Of a stretch of DNA of 64,000 nt, positions 1-11,261 are shown one piece after another. The position numbers and the translations under genes are program-made. The stretch is taken from NCBI GenBank assembly GCA_964035545.1, contig OZ037766.1, positions 12,824,722 through 12,888,721 on the forward strand. Reading direction: 5' to 3'. Origin of the DNA: Bugula neritina (Eukaryota; Animalia; Bryozoa). Position 1 is the stretch's first letter. Each line of letters opens with the position of its first letter. The notes under the pieces are model-generated. The model made no database searches. It was not told where the DNA came from and saw nothing but the letters and a program-made list of their open reading frames with translations.

Positions 1-2710
1 TGTTAAAGGGTGGAAACTTGGTGTTCGTAAAAGTTCTGCTGCTTCATAGTTTAATGTTATCATTATGTAGATGGAGAAAATGAGTAACTCTAGCGCGTGG
101 GTCACCTCTCAGTCAATTCGGAAAAAGACCTATCAGATTTTGTCTGCGTCTACTGATGATGGTATAGCATCAGTTAGAGAGTATGACAGGGTATGCAAAA
201 ACTTGGTGCCTTCCGATGTTACTGTTGATATGGCCAGCACTGATCTCTCTCTACTTGAGCTCTATTCAAACTCAGAAATGGAAAGACTTGAACTGTTTTA
301 TTCAACTCTTGGAATAAGCGATTCTGACATCATTGATATCACATCGTATGAAAAGCGAGATATCAACATCTTGACTTCTGTCATAGTTTACTGGATTAGA
401 AATTCTCAGCCACAAGTTCATAAGATGTAAGTTGCTTAGTACTTCATATCAAAAATTATTTTATTTATATTTCGATTTTGTGGTGGTTTTTTTCCTTTAC
501 TATTTTATTATTATAATGCATTTATGTTTATTCAACAAGAATTATTTTTACATTTTATTTCACATTAGTTTGTGCCTTTTTTAGTTTTTTCATTATCAGT
601 CCAAATTTGATTGTTAACGAATTTCAATTCAAAGTCTGACATCGAGTTTGTTTCTTAGCAAGCGTTCTTACAAATTTGTTTGGTTCTGTTTCTAATTGAA
701 TATATTGCACATCTACAATTTAATACCTGTAGCCATAGTAACTTTTACTGTACTGTATAATAGTTATGATACTTTGCTTTTGTTGACAGCCATGTGATGG
801 CTCTGTTAGTATGCATCATCAGACTTTCACTAATTGAGCCGCTCCTTTCTCAAGAAGATAGGGTGAGCTTACAAACCGCCCGTTATTCACACCGTCCAAC
901 TCAAGATCAGAAGCATGAACTTGGTCTAGATTTGAATATTATTCATGCTTTATCCCAGTTTCAATGTGTGTTGAGGTTTGTAGTTTTTTTAAATATAATT
1001 ATATGTTTTTTTTCTCATTTGACATTTAGTAATAATATAATTGCATGAGTTTCTAATTTGTATCGAAATATCGATTAGTGTTTGAGTTGAGTTTTAAACA
1101 TGCATTGACTGCATTACAAGAGCTAAATTTAGTGAAAAAACTAATGCCATTAAGCAATAATGTGGTTTTTCTTTACTCGGGCATCACTATTCTAGTATCA
1201 TTGTATGACAATAATAATATATTATACCAAACTTTGTTCTAATTCTTATAATATTTTTACTATTGTTTTGAAGTGCAGATGTTCAATCTTTGATGGTAAA
1301 ATCCGAATGTATTTATGAATGAAGTTCTCTTTATTTCAGTGACTCTCTGGACATGCTGGGTCTGTTGGCAATAGATGTAAATATCAAAATATACGAGGTA
1401 TTTAGTGGGCGTTATATCTACAATCTCTGTATTGAGTTGTATGAGAGAATACAGCCTCTGTGCTATTGCACAGAGCTTCTGGTACGTGGCCAAGATCACA
1501 GCCATTTCTTTCAACAGTGAGTTTCTATCTTGCATACATTGACATATTTTTCTCCTACTTTGTTGTTGGAAGTGATAACTTTGTTTAGGATCAATATTTT
1601 TTGTGTTTAAAAATAATATTTAAGTCATTCACTCAATTTGATTAGTCAACTGTATGAATAAATTTGGGTTGATTAACTAAGCTTATTGTTTGAATTACTT
1701 AATAGCATGAAACTGACATTAGTTTAGAGTTTAGACTGTAGAATACATAGTACAAACTCATTTAGATATACAGTAATAGGTTATGCTCTGTATTTTTATG
1801 GCCAGGTGGTATAAAACGATAGAAGATTCCTGCAAAAGCTCATTACAAACTGTTGGGAATAGTAAAGTAGCCGCTGCTACTATTGCCAAAGCAGAAAAAC
1901 GGGTAGGTCACGTGTCTTACGGTGTAATGTATTCGTAAAGTCTATTTAATTAATACCCTAGTCATTCTTATATTAGTCAGATAAAGTTATCGCAGGTAAC
2001 AATGTTTCAGTTGTCAGACAGCAAGTGGGAGCAGTTGTAGTCAACTAATGCTTGAAAGGTGATTGAATAAAATTAACAACAAACTGGATCTATACACATA
2101 TAGTTACTTTCACACAGTAATGTTGGACTTTGTTATATCTACTTGATATTTGGGTTTTCAGAAAAAGAAAAAGGCTTATAAGGTAAAGTTGCCAGTAAGC
2201 ATTCCGGAATCTTCAAATTCCGAGCAGTCAGAGCAAGAAGATGAAACTGCATCATCAGCTTCCCTCTTAGGAAATCGATTTGCTGCTTTGACTTTGAATC
2301 CAAAGTAGTGTCACCCACCTGACTCACCTGTCTACATTCTTCACTGCTTGTCAAAACATAGAAGTTTTAGTATAAATATTAGGTAATTTGAGACAGTTCA
2401 AATATTGATAAAATATTTTATAAGCTGTCAACATTTTTTAATAGAAATTTATATCTGTTTGTATTTTACAACATACCTTTAAATTTAATAATAAATTTGT
2501 AATAAAATGTTTTCCTTCTAATTTTAGTACATTTATGCATTGAGCATCAGTGATTTTGTTGCTCGCCAGAAAACTATTGTTCATGAAAATATTTTGCTTA
2601 GTTTAATTCCCTATGCTTGAGGTAGTGTTATATAATTTTAATTCTATTATGTCATGCTCCAGTTAGTTACTAAATGCTGTCTTTCTTGCTGTCAGAAGTG
2701 AATACATACT
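1..2710 (+). repeat. Segmental direct duplication, copy A (paralogous to 30076-32494)
   Basis: Exons, introns and 3' flank align almost base for base with 30076-~32494. Homology ends near gtcagaagtga (~2700). Confidence 0.95.
71..2308 (+). CDS. ASTE1: Asteroid homolog (XPG/FEN1-family nuclease), copy 1; 3' exons only, 5' part outside the window
   Basis: Exons at about 71-426, 790-975, ~1274-1481 (one or two small exons), ~1806-1906 and 2162-2308, ending NRFAALTLNPK*. Near-identical to 30146-32068, whose upstream exons carry Asteroid motifs. Internal boundaries are approximate. Confidence 0.75.
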
Positions 2711-3166
2711 ATTGTCAAATAAGACACACATGTATAGCTATAGTGTTATGAGCCACATCTTGATCAACTTCTTACAATAATTTCATATCTCAGGAAAAGG
2801 TCTTCTGCTGGTGAGAAACTGCTGAGGAAACTCAATCTAGAGAGCAACAGACTTTTACTGTTTGTCTAAGAAACAGACAATTTATTTTTCAATACATAAA
2901 ATACACAAAATAATTAAATATCACGTCTATTAATAGAAGATTTTTCTATAAAATGTAACACTACAAAAATTTTAAAGTAATCATTTTACTGATTAGGTGC
3001 CAGAAAATCAAATGGTGTTCAAAGTTAATGTTGAATATATTATAAAAACATATGGCACTCTAAAATGTTGAAATCAGAACTTTTTAATTTCGATATGTAT
3101 TATAAAGTAATATTTATAATTAGTGATTATATAATAATACGTTAACAGTACTACCAGCTATAATAA

Positions 3167-3472
3167 TGTGGTGGCTCGTGGAGCTACCAGCAGCACAACA
3201 TGTGGGGTCGCGTAATTGACCCGGAACAATTGATAGCCAATTAGCGTGTTTAATAGTTAGCAGCAAGTATAGTTTCCCGCTGCTAAGTCAGTCGAAGTTA
3301 GAGTGCTGAATAGACTAGATGTGTAACTTGTCAGATGTATTTGTATCGTTTTTATAATGTATTGTTGTGTGTAAAATATATACTCGTTCACTCGACTTAA
3401 CCTGGTGCAGTTCTATCAAAGTAATTAGACTCTCTGGATAGCATATCAACCCTAAATCTGAAAAACATAACA
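3167..3472 (+). repeat. 5' LTR (306 bp)
   Basis: TGTGGTGG...CATAACA; 3 substitutions seen versus the 3' LTR. Confidence 0.97.
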
Positions 3473-3473
3473 G

Positions 3474-3491
3474 TGGTGGCAGCGGTGGGAT
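3474..3491 (+). promoter_or_regulatory. Primer binding site complementary to the tRNA-Leu 3' end
   Basis: TGGTGGCAGCGGTGGGAT is the reverse complement of ATCCCACCGCTGCCACCA, the 3' end of metazoan tRNA-Leu(AAG/TAG) plus CCA; it starts 1 nt after the LTR. Confidence 0.9.
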
Positions 3492-3503
3492 AGTGCATCC
3501 AAG

Positions 3504-4457
3504 ATGGAGACTGAAAATGCTGGAACTCAACCACCGGCAGTAGAAGGTGAGCGTAGAGACAATGCTGTAGAGACAATGCCTGTTAACCATGTAGTAGAGG
3601 AGCGAAGGGTTCCGCGAGAACTAACTGAAGACCGCTACCGGTTAAAGGCGCCCACCTTCACGGGTGAAGAGGAGGTGGAACAATTTATTCAAGAGTTTAG
3701 CGACGTAATGGACGTCGCCCAGTGGCCCCCTAGGGTGGCCTTGCTGAAGCTTAGAATGGCATTGATGGACAAAGCCAAGCCTTATGGGCTGGGCATAGAC
3801 ATTGATAATATCTTTGCTTCTCTGCGGGCCCGCTTCGGCCTCTCTGCTACAGATGCCAGGGCCCGATTGCAGAGGTTGCGGCGTGATCCCCGCACTCCGC
3901 TGCGGGAGCACGCCGCCGCGGTCATGAAGCTGGCACAGATCGCGTACAGCGACTTGCCCCCAGTCAACCGCGAGAGGTATACCCTCGACGCTTTCATAGC
4001 ATCTGTCGATGATCTGGGTCTCCACCATCAGTTTCTAGCTAGGGGAGTCACCACCGTTGGAGATGCTCTGACTGAGGGGGAAGCTTACCTCCTAGCTAAT
4101 CAAATGCATAAAAGTCGCGGGAGCTCCCGTCAAGTGGAGGTAGACTGCGCGGACACGGCCGCGGGACAAGGGGAGGAAACACCCGCCGCGGCTGCCGTGT
4201 CCCAGTTGGCGACGGCATCGAAAGTCACTCAACTGACAGACATGCTGGCCAAACTGATAGCAACACTGACACCTCAAACCCCAGTGAGTACCGCCATTGA
4301 GCCCGTGCGGCCACCGGCGCCGCCACAGGGAGAAACAGTCAGTTTTTGCTGGGAGTGCGGAAATCAAGGACATTTCCGCCGGTACTGTCCCTTCCTAAAT
4401 CAGGGGTTAAATTACCGCGGCCCGCAGATGTTCCCACCTCTTGCGGGCCGACGATGA
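3504..4457 (+). CDS. gag: Gag with CCHC zinc knuckle
   Basis: 317-aa ORF; capsid-like region (APTFTG...EQFI) and CWECGNQGHFRRYC knuckle. Confidence 0.92.
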   Translation: METENAGTQPPAVEGERRDNAVETMPVNHVVEERRVPRELTEDRYRLKAPTFTGEEEVEQFIQEFSDVMDVAQWPPRVALLKLRMALMDKAKPYGLGIDIDNIFASLRARFGLSATDARARLQRLRRDPRTPLREHAAAVMKLAQIAYSDLPPVNRERYTLDAFIASVDDLGLHHQFLARGVTTVGDALTEGEAYLLANQMHKSRGSSRQVEVDCADTAAGQGEETPAAAAVSQLATASKVTQLTDMLAKLIATLTPQTPVSTAIEPVRPPAPPQGETVSFCWECGNQGHFRRYCPFLNQGLNYRGPQMFPPLAGRR

Positions 4458-7400
4458 AACCTCCAGGGAAGAAGAAACGCAGGTCACCCAGACGGGTACC
4501 GCGTACTGGTAACCAACCGTGGCAACAGCCGCGACGGACCAGCAAGGGGCTCCGCCCCGCCGCTACCTTTTCCATGCCCCTTCACAACAGATTCGCAGGG
4601 CTACAAGCTCAAGAATCTGGATGGGAGCCCACCAAGGTAGCCGGAAATCTAGCCTCGGCACCCCCGAGGCCTACTTACCACCGCCCCAAGAGACCTCCTT
4701 CGCGACCCAAAGCGAGGGAGGTACTCCCTGCGAGAGTAAGGCCTGAAGGGAGAGTTCAGGTGCAGCCCCATGGGAACAGCTATTTCTTGCCCGGTAAACT
4801 GGAAGGCAAAGCTGTTACTTTCCTCATTGATTCGGGCTGCACCACGAACCTCTTGAGCCGCCGACTCTTCGACACCCTCAGTGCTAGGGTCAGGGGCGAA
4901 ATGGAATCATACGAAGGGGAATACGGCACCCTAGCTGACGGGTCGTGCCTTCCCTTCTATGGTATAATTGAGCTGACGGGGCAAGTCCGTGATCAAACGA
5001 TCCAAGAGACGTTCATCGTCAGTCAGCTCAAAGAGGACGCCATCCTCGGGATGCCATTCCTAAAACGGCACGGATGTCACATAGATTTTAGCAAATCTGC
5101 GATGGTGATGTCCGGGCGAGAACTCGCCTGCGTCGACAAGTTCGGCCGCCCTTTAGTGGAAGGTGTGCAAGTGGTACGCAACCGTACCATACCAGGCCGC
5201 TCCCGGGCTACCATTCACTGCAGGGTGAACAATAGCCGGATCTCTGGACTCGGGGTAGTTGAAGGCGCGCACTTGCCAGCAGTCTGAATCAGCTGACTGA
5301 GCAAGGGGAGATCTTAGTGCAGTGCGTCAACCCCTTTACCGAGTCTGTCAAACTTCCGGCTGGGTCGATGCTGGGCCGTTTTCACTCTGTTCAGGAGGAG
5401 GACATAGGCCCGTCGCTGGGTGATGCGACAGAGGCACCTCCTCAGTGCCCTACTCAAGGGCGAGGGGCAGTCCCAGCACATCTCCGGGAGTTGTATGACA
5501 CAGCCTGTAGCGGCTGCGCGAGTAACAAAGAACGCCAAGTTATGGCGAAGTTACTACGCAACTACGGTGATGTGTTCAGCAGCGGAGAGCATGACGTGGG
5601 ACTGACTGGAATTGTCAGACACGAAATACCGCTGACTGCAGGGACAGTCCCTGTCCGGCAGCCCACACGCAGGCTGGGGCCGGAGAAAGAGAAGGAGGTT
5701 AGCCGACAAGTACGGGATCTTCTGGACCGGGGACTGATAAAGCCCGCCCATAGTGCGTGGAGCTCGCCAGTCGTACTGGTCCGGAAGAAAGACGGCAGTT
5801 GGCGGTTCTGTGTGGATTACCGCAAACTCAATAGCGTAACCATACAGGACGCCTACCCTCTACCTCGTATTGACGAGTCATTGGACGCCCTAGCTGGCAG
5901 CAAGTACTTCAGTACGTTAGACTTGCTAAGCGGCTATTGGCAAGTTCCTCTGAGTCCCAACGCCCAGGAGAAAGCGGCGTTTATCACACGGGACGGTTTG
6001 TGGAAGTGGAAGGTGCTGCCTTTCGGGCTGACCTCCGCCCCAGCCACCTTCCAGAGGCTGATGGAACAAGTCCTCAGCGGGCTCCATTGGAAGACACTGC
6101 TGATATACCTCGATGATGTCATCGTGATCTCCCCAGACTTCGAGACGCATGTCGCATGTCGTCGAGAGACTCCGAGGTGCCGGTCTTAAGCTCAAGCCCT
6201 CTAAGTGCGCTCTATTGCAGCCAGAGGTTAAGTACCTGGGGCACGTTGTCGGTCGAAACGGCGTGGCAACGGATCCCGAGAAGGTACGGGCAATAGAAGA
6301 CTGGGTCACCCCCCAAGATTTGACCGGACTCCGGGCTTTCTTGGGGCTGGTAGGGTATTACAGACAATACATACCAGACTTTGCGGGCATAGCACAGCCG
6401 TTAAACCGGCTCACCACAAAGGGAGTGACGTGGCAGTGGACCCCAGTCGAACAAGGAGCGTTCGACCGCCTCAAGGGCTGCCTATTAACGGCGCCCATCT
6501 TGGCCTACCCAGACCCCACTCTGGAGTACATCCTCGACACTGACGCCAGTGACCAAAATGTTGGCGCTGTGCTGTCACAAGTGCAGGAAGGCCGAGAGGT
6601 AGTAGTAGCCTACTACAGCAAGTCTCTCTCACCCACTGAACGGAACTACTGCACTACCCGCAAGGAGTTGCTGGCAGTAATCAAGTCAGTGAAGCACTTC
6701 AGACCATACCTATATGGCAGGAAGTTCCGGCTGCGTACGGATCATGCCTCGCTGATCTGGTTGTGCAAGAGAGCAGAGCCCTCTAGTCAGGTCGCCCGAA
6801 TTCTCATACCGGATCGAACATCGACCGGGCAAGAGACACAGCAATGCGGATGGGTTGAGTCGCCGACCTGACGGAGGTTGCAAACAGTGTCTCAACATCG
6901 CGAAGAGGGATGGAGGTCCCCCGCGATGTGAGTTAGAGACGCTGGCTCACCACGGAGCACCGTTTGATTGGGACCAGGGTCAACTCAGGCAGGGAGTTGA
7001 TGAGTCCCCGGAGGGTGTACAAAACCTCCGCGCTAACCCTGTACTGGCCGGTAATTTTCGAGAGCTGAAGAAGCTCCAAGAAGAGCTGCCTGGAGTCGTG
7101 GCAGACATATATCGGGCCAAAAGGGAAGGGCGACGACCCAGCGAGGAACGCATACGACAGGGATGCGCCGAGTTCCGGCTATACTGTCAGCGTTGGGACT
7201 CGCTGCGGATCGGGCAGGATGGGTTATTAACCATCTCTCTAGCCGCCAGCGGCAAACACCCGGAGAGGAAGAGGGTAGTCTGCCCCACGGCCATTCGCCG
7301 TGAGTTGATATGGGATACTCACAAACAGGCCCACGCAGGGGTCAAGAGAGTGATGTCCAAATTACGACTCCGGTGGTATTGGCCGCAAATGGAGCGTGAC

Positions 7401-8933
7401 GTCCGACTCAGAGTCAAGCAGTGTGAGATCTGCCAGGCCAGTAAGCATAGCCGCCCCCCTGGTGAAGCAGGACGGCGGAGGCTATATGCTGGTAGGCCCT
7501 GGCAAGTAGTCGCTGTAGACCTGGTCGGACCCATGCCCCTGACCCCCAGAGGCAATAATTGGATCCTAGTACTAACCGACCACTTTACTAGGTGGGCGGA
7601 TGCTCTGGCTATCCCAGATGCGTCAGCCCCAACAGTGGCCAGGGCGCTAGACCAACATGTATTCTGTTATTTCGGGCTTCCCGAACAGATACACTCTGAT
7701 CAAGGCGCTCAATTCCAGTCCCAACTGATGAGCGACCTTTGCCACCTCTGGGGAGTAAATCAGAGCCGGACCACCCCCTATCACCCTCAAGGTAACGGGG
7801 TGGTGGAGCGCAACAACCGGATGCTAGGTGATGCGCTCCGAAGTCTCCTCCTTGGACGAGGCCAAGAGGAATGGGATACGGTGCTGCCGCAAGTCATGCG
7901 TGCATACCGTAGCACCCCACACACCAGTACTGGTGAGACCCCAAACCTCTTGATGCTCGGGAGAGAGACTCGTGTCCCTGACCATCTCACCTACCACGTT
8001 CCAGAGCGAGACAACTCGGTTCACGAGTATGCCAGTGAACTATTGGAACGGATGAAGGCCGCACACGAGATACTGCGCAAACAGCAGTGGAAGGTGCGGC
8101 ACGAAGATTCCGATGAACCACCTCTCTACCAAGCGGGAGATAAGGTGTGGATGGTCAATTACCGTAGGCATCGTGAACAGGCTGATAAACTGTAGCCTAA
8201 GTTCGTAGGACCCTACGTGATCGTCGAGGCTATGCCCAATCATACGTACAAGATTGAGCGCTCAGGACAGGAGTCTATCCAGAATGAGTCTCGCTTGAAA
8301 CCGTATTGGGCTAGCCCCGACGGAGTGGGAGAAGCCCCCCCTATGTTGGAGCCCAGGAGGCAGACAACAACGCGCGGGCAACGGCGGCATGGACCTGAAT
8401 ACGAAGTGGTCATACCGCGGGAAGAAAACTTGGTGAGAGAGGAGCGGCAGCTTTTGTCAACAGAAGCGTTTCCGCCACCGCCAAGTCTAATTCCATCACT
8501 TCCAGAAACCGAGCCGGTTCCGGAAGTGCAAACCCCCACGGAGGGAGGGGCTCCATCCGGAGAACAAGAAGAAGTGACCGCTAACGGTGAAGTAGAGACG
8601 CCATTAGAGGCCCCTACTAACGAACCGGCAAGCATGTCACCCCCCCTAGAAAGGGGGCAGCGTACGAGGCAACCCCCCGCATACTTGAAAGACTTTGTAT
8701 GCGACTGCGTTAGAAGCGGCGCGTATGAAAGTCTAGGGGAAAACCGTACGAGAAAAGTATCGAGCAAATGTGGGAGTTGTCAACACCACGAAAATATCAA
8801 CTTTTGTATCGGCAGAAATAGAAATGAAATTCATCCGCCGGGTGCACAAAGTCTTAATCACGCACCCCAACCACGTTGCTCGATCTTTTCATACGCTGAT
8901 GCAGTCAGGAGTAGACGTGTTTCTAAGCAATAG
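4406..8933 (+). pseudogene. pol: Pol polyprotein (aspartic protease, RT, RNase H, integrase) broken by three frameshifts and one nonsense codon
   Basis: LIDSG protease; RFCVDYRKLN, LPFGL and YLDD RT motifs; TDAS RNase H; HHCC and D,D,E integrase (VDLVG, SDQG, VERNN). Frame breaks near 5271, 6155 and 6798; TAG at 8193-8195 in KL*PKFVGPY. Confidence 0.93.
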
Positions 8934-9248
8934 TTCAAACCATTTCACACATTCAGTATGTCTTACGACAACAGATCGTGGGGTGAGTTAACTATATCTT
9001 AATATAGAAACTAGATTGCATCGCTCAGCTCCGACTCACTGAGTCAATCGAGCTGGAGATAGGTTAGTGAAATACCGTAGTAAGAACTCAGTTTGACTTA
9101 GAGATTTTTATAATCTCATTGCAATACGTGTTCTATCTGACTATTCACTACCATAAATCTCTACGAGGTAACTGAATGAGGAGTTGCCAAGCTATTCAAG
9201 CTGACAACACGACAGTGTACTGTACTAACACTGTTGAAACTTTTTCAG

Positions 9249-10026
9249 ATTACACTCGACCCGCCACAACCAGGGTACGGGATAGAGCACTTCCCCCTCC
9301 GCATCCTGAGGAGTATGCTAATGGTGAACGGCCAGAACCACTGCGCCGCCGTTGGCGGTGGGTGTCTCCAGAAACAGAAGAGGAAATAGAGACGGCCTGG
9401 GGGTCCAGAGGACGGACGAGATGCCAGATTTGTGGCGAAGAATGTGCCTCTCACCGCTCCTTGAAGCTACATGTCAATGCTCATCTCCTACTCACATTCT
9501 GCCCCTGCGGGTACAATGATGTTTACCCCTACCCCGTCACCAGACATCGAGCGGCGGGCTGTTTCCCTGGAGAAAACTATGTGGTCGACGCTAAGCTCTA
9601 CCCGGAATTCCTCACCCTGATACGACTCCTAGTAAAGAAGGCAATGCTGCTAGCCGTCCTGACCTCGGGTTTCCAGCGTGTGCTAGACAATGCCAGGCAG
9701 CAATCCCCATTGGTATCTGACCGTCCTCAGATTACGTACACCCCCGAGGAGTTTGCCTATCCAGAAGAAGGAGAGATCTCCCCTACCCCGACGAAGAGAC
9801 GAACCAGGTCTCCCAGTCCCCCCTTACGCCGCAGACGGACACCGTCCCCAGACCCAGTTCGCCTGGCTACAGTAGAGGAACGCCTCCTCCGACTACAAGA
9901 AGAATTCAGTTGGCACCAGATTTACTTAATACTACAACAGGGCTCTTCCAACTAAAAGGATCCGTATGCCGGATGAAACGGAAGCTGCGTACATGCCAAG
10001 CCAAGCACCGGCGTGCACAACAATGA
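9249..10026 (+). CDS. Extra ORF in the env position: C2H2 zinc finger, RSPSP/Arg-rich tract and coiled coil; probably spliced, with a frameshift near 9906
   Basis: ORF 9176-9955 has CQICGEECASHRSLKLHVNAH and RRTRSPSPPLRRRRTPSP. Acceptor ttttcag ends at 9248. A shifted frame continues QLAPDLLNTTTGLFQLKGSVCRMKRKLRTCQAKHRRAQQ* to 10026. Confidence 0.7.
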
Positions 10027-10301
10027 CTCTGGTTCTGCTACCCGGAATAATCCGCAACTTCGTCCTCTTGGGAGAACCCAGGATATCGTGCAAATGCTTG
10101 ACTGCTCGACAGGCTCACTCCTTGTCCAATACCACAGCTAGCCGGTATTCCTCATCTATAGCTGGTCAATTGTATGTAAACGGTTGTTATAATGACTCTG
10201 TCTGTTATTATGTATCTTTAGGTGTATTATGTATTATTTTGGTCTACTGTTGTATGTGGTTAATAATGAACATTTTTTTTATATCAGAAAGAGGGCTTTC
10301 T

Positions 10302-10315
10302 GCTGGTGGGGGCGG
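10302..10315 (+). promoter_or_regulatory. G-rich polypurine-tract-like primer
   Basis: gctggtgggggcgg immediately upstream of the 3' LTR. Confidence 0.6.
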
Positions 10316-10621
10316 TGTGGTGGCTCGTGGAGCTACCAGCAGCACAACATGTGGGGTCGCGTAATTGACCCGGAACAATTGATAGCCAATTAGCGTGTTT
10401 AATAGTTAGCAGCAATTGTAGTTTCCTGCTGCTAAGTCAGTCGAAGTTAGAGTGCTGAATAGACTAGATGTGTAACTTGTCAGATGTATTTGTATCGTTT
10501 TTATAATGTATTGTTGTGTGTAAAATATATACTCGTTCACTCGACTTAACCTGGTGCAGTTCTATCAAAGTAATTAGACTCTCTGGATAGCATATCAACC
10601 CTAAATCTGAAAAACATAACA
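10316..10621 (+). repeat. 3' LTR (306 bp)
   Basis: Direct repeat of 3167-3472, followed by TSD ATAA. Confidence 0.97.
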
Positions 10622-11261
10622 ATAAAGTGTTTTTATAAAATATGGCATCTATCACACAGAGAAATATCTAATACGGTACGCAATTATATAAAATAATATT
10701 ATAAAGATACTATAGTATTGAAAGTATATTATAGAATATAATGTTATAAAATGTAATCATAATAAAGTTTGAAAGCAGTCAATTTGATAATTAATTGTGT
10801 GTAGAAAATTAAGTGATGCTCAAAGTTGATGCACAGTCTTTCTATACTATGATAAAAACATGCCACTCAAATGTTAAAAACCAGAAATTTGTGTGAGTTC
10901 TATGTATGAAATCTCAGCTATAATAAGTGTTCTAGAAAATATGTCATCTGTCATATACTAAAACATTTCTAATACAATATATAAATTCTTATATAGAAAC
11001 AATATAAATTTGACAGTTACTATACAAAGCTTAGTATAATAGAATTATGACAATATGCATAGATTACATGGTATGGTTGTATATTAAGTATAGAATGTGT
11101 TTTGTGACAGTAATTAATAATCAAAAGCTAACAAAAGCAGACGTATGTATAGAGCTCAGGCTGCTATTTCCATCTCATTGTATACTATAAGGTTGCAGGC
11201 AATCTGTTTTTAACTTACAAATGAAAATATTTTTCTCTTCACATTACTTTCATTTCAGTTC

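Larger units (their letters stand above)
3167..10621 (+). mobile_element. Full-length Ty3/Gypsy LTR retrotransposon (7455 bp), pol disrupted
   Basis: TG...CA LTRs at 3167-3472 and 10316-10621; 4-bp TSD ATAA (3163-3166 / 10622-10625); PBS and PPT present; gag followed by PR-RT-RH-IN; GC-rich relative to the flanks. Confidence 0.97.

Noticed and set aside
3315-8991. Numerous antisense and alternate-frame ORFs within the Gypsy element
   Set aside because: Expected shadows of GC-rich gag/pol sequence; no motifs.
9966-10364. 132-aa ORF with a hydrophobic stretch as an env/TM protein
   Set aside because: The hydrophobic part comes from T-rich 3' UTR sequence and runs into the LTR; no signal peptide, furin site or ectodomain.
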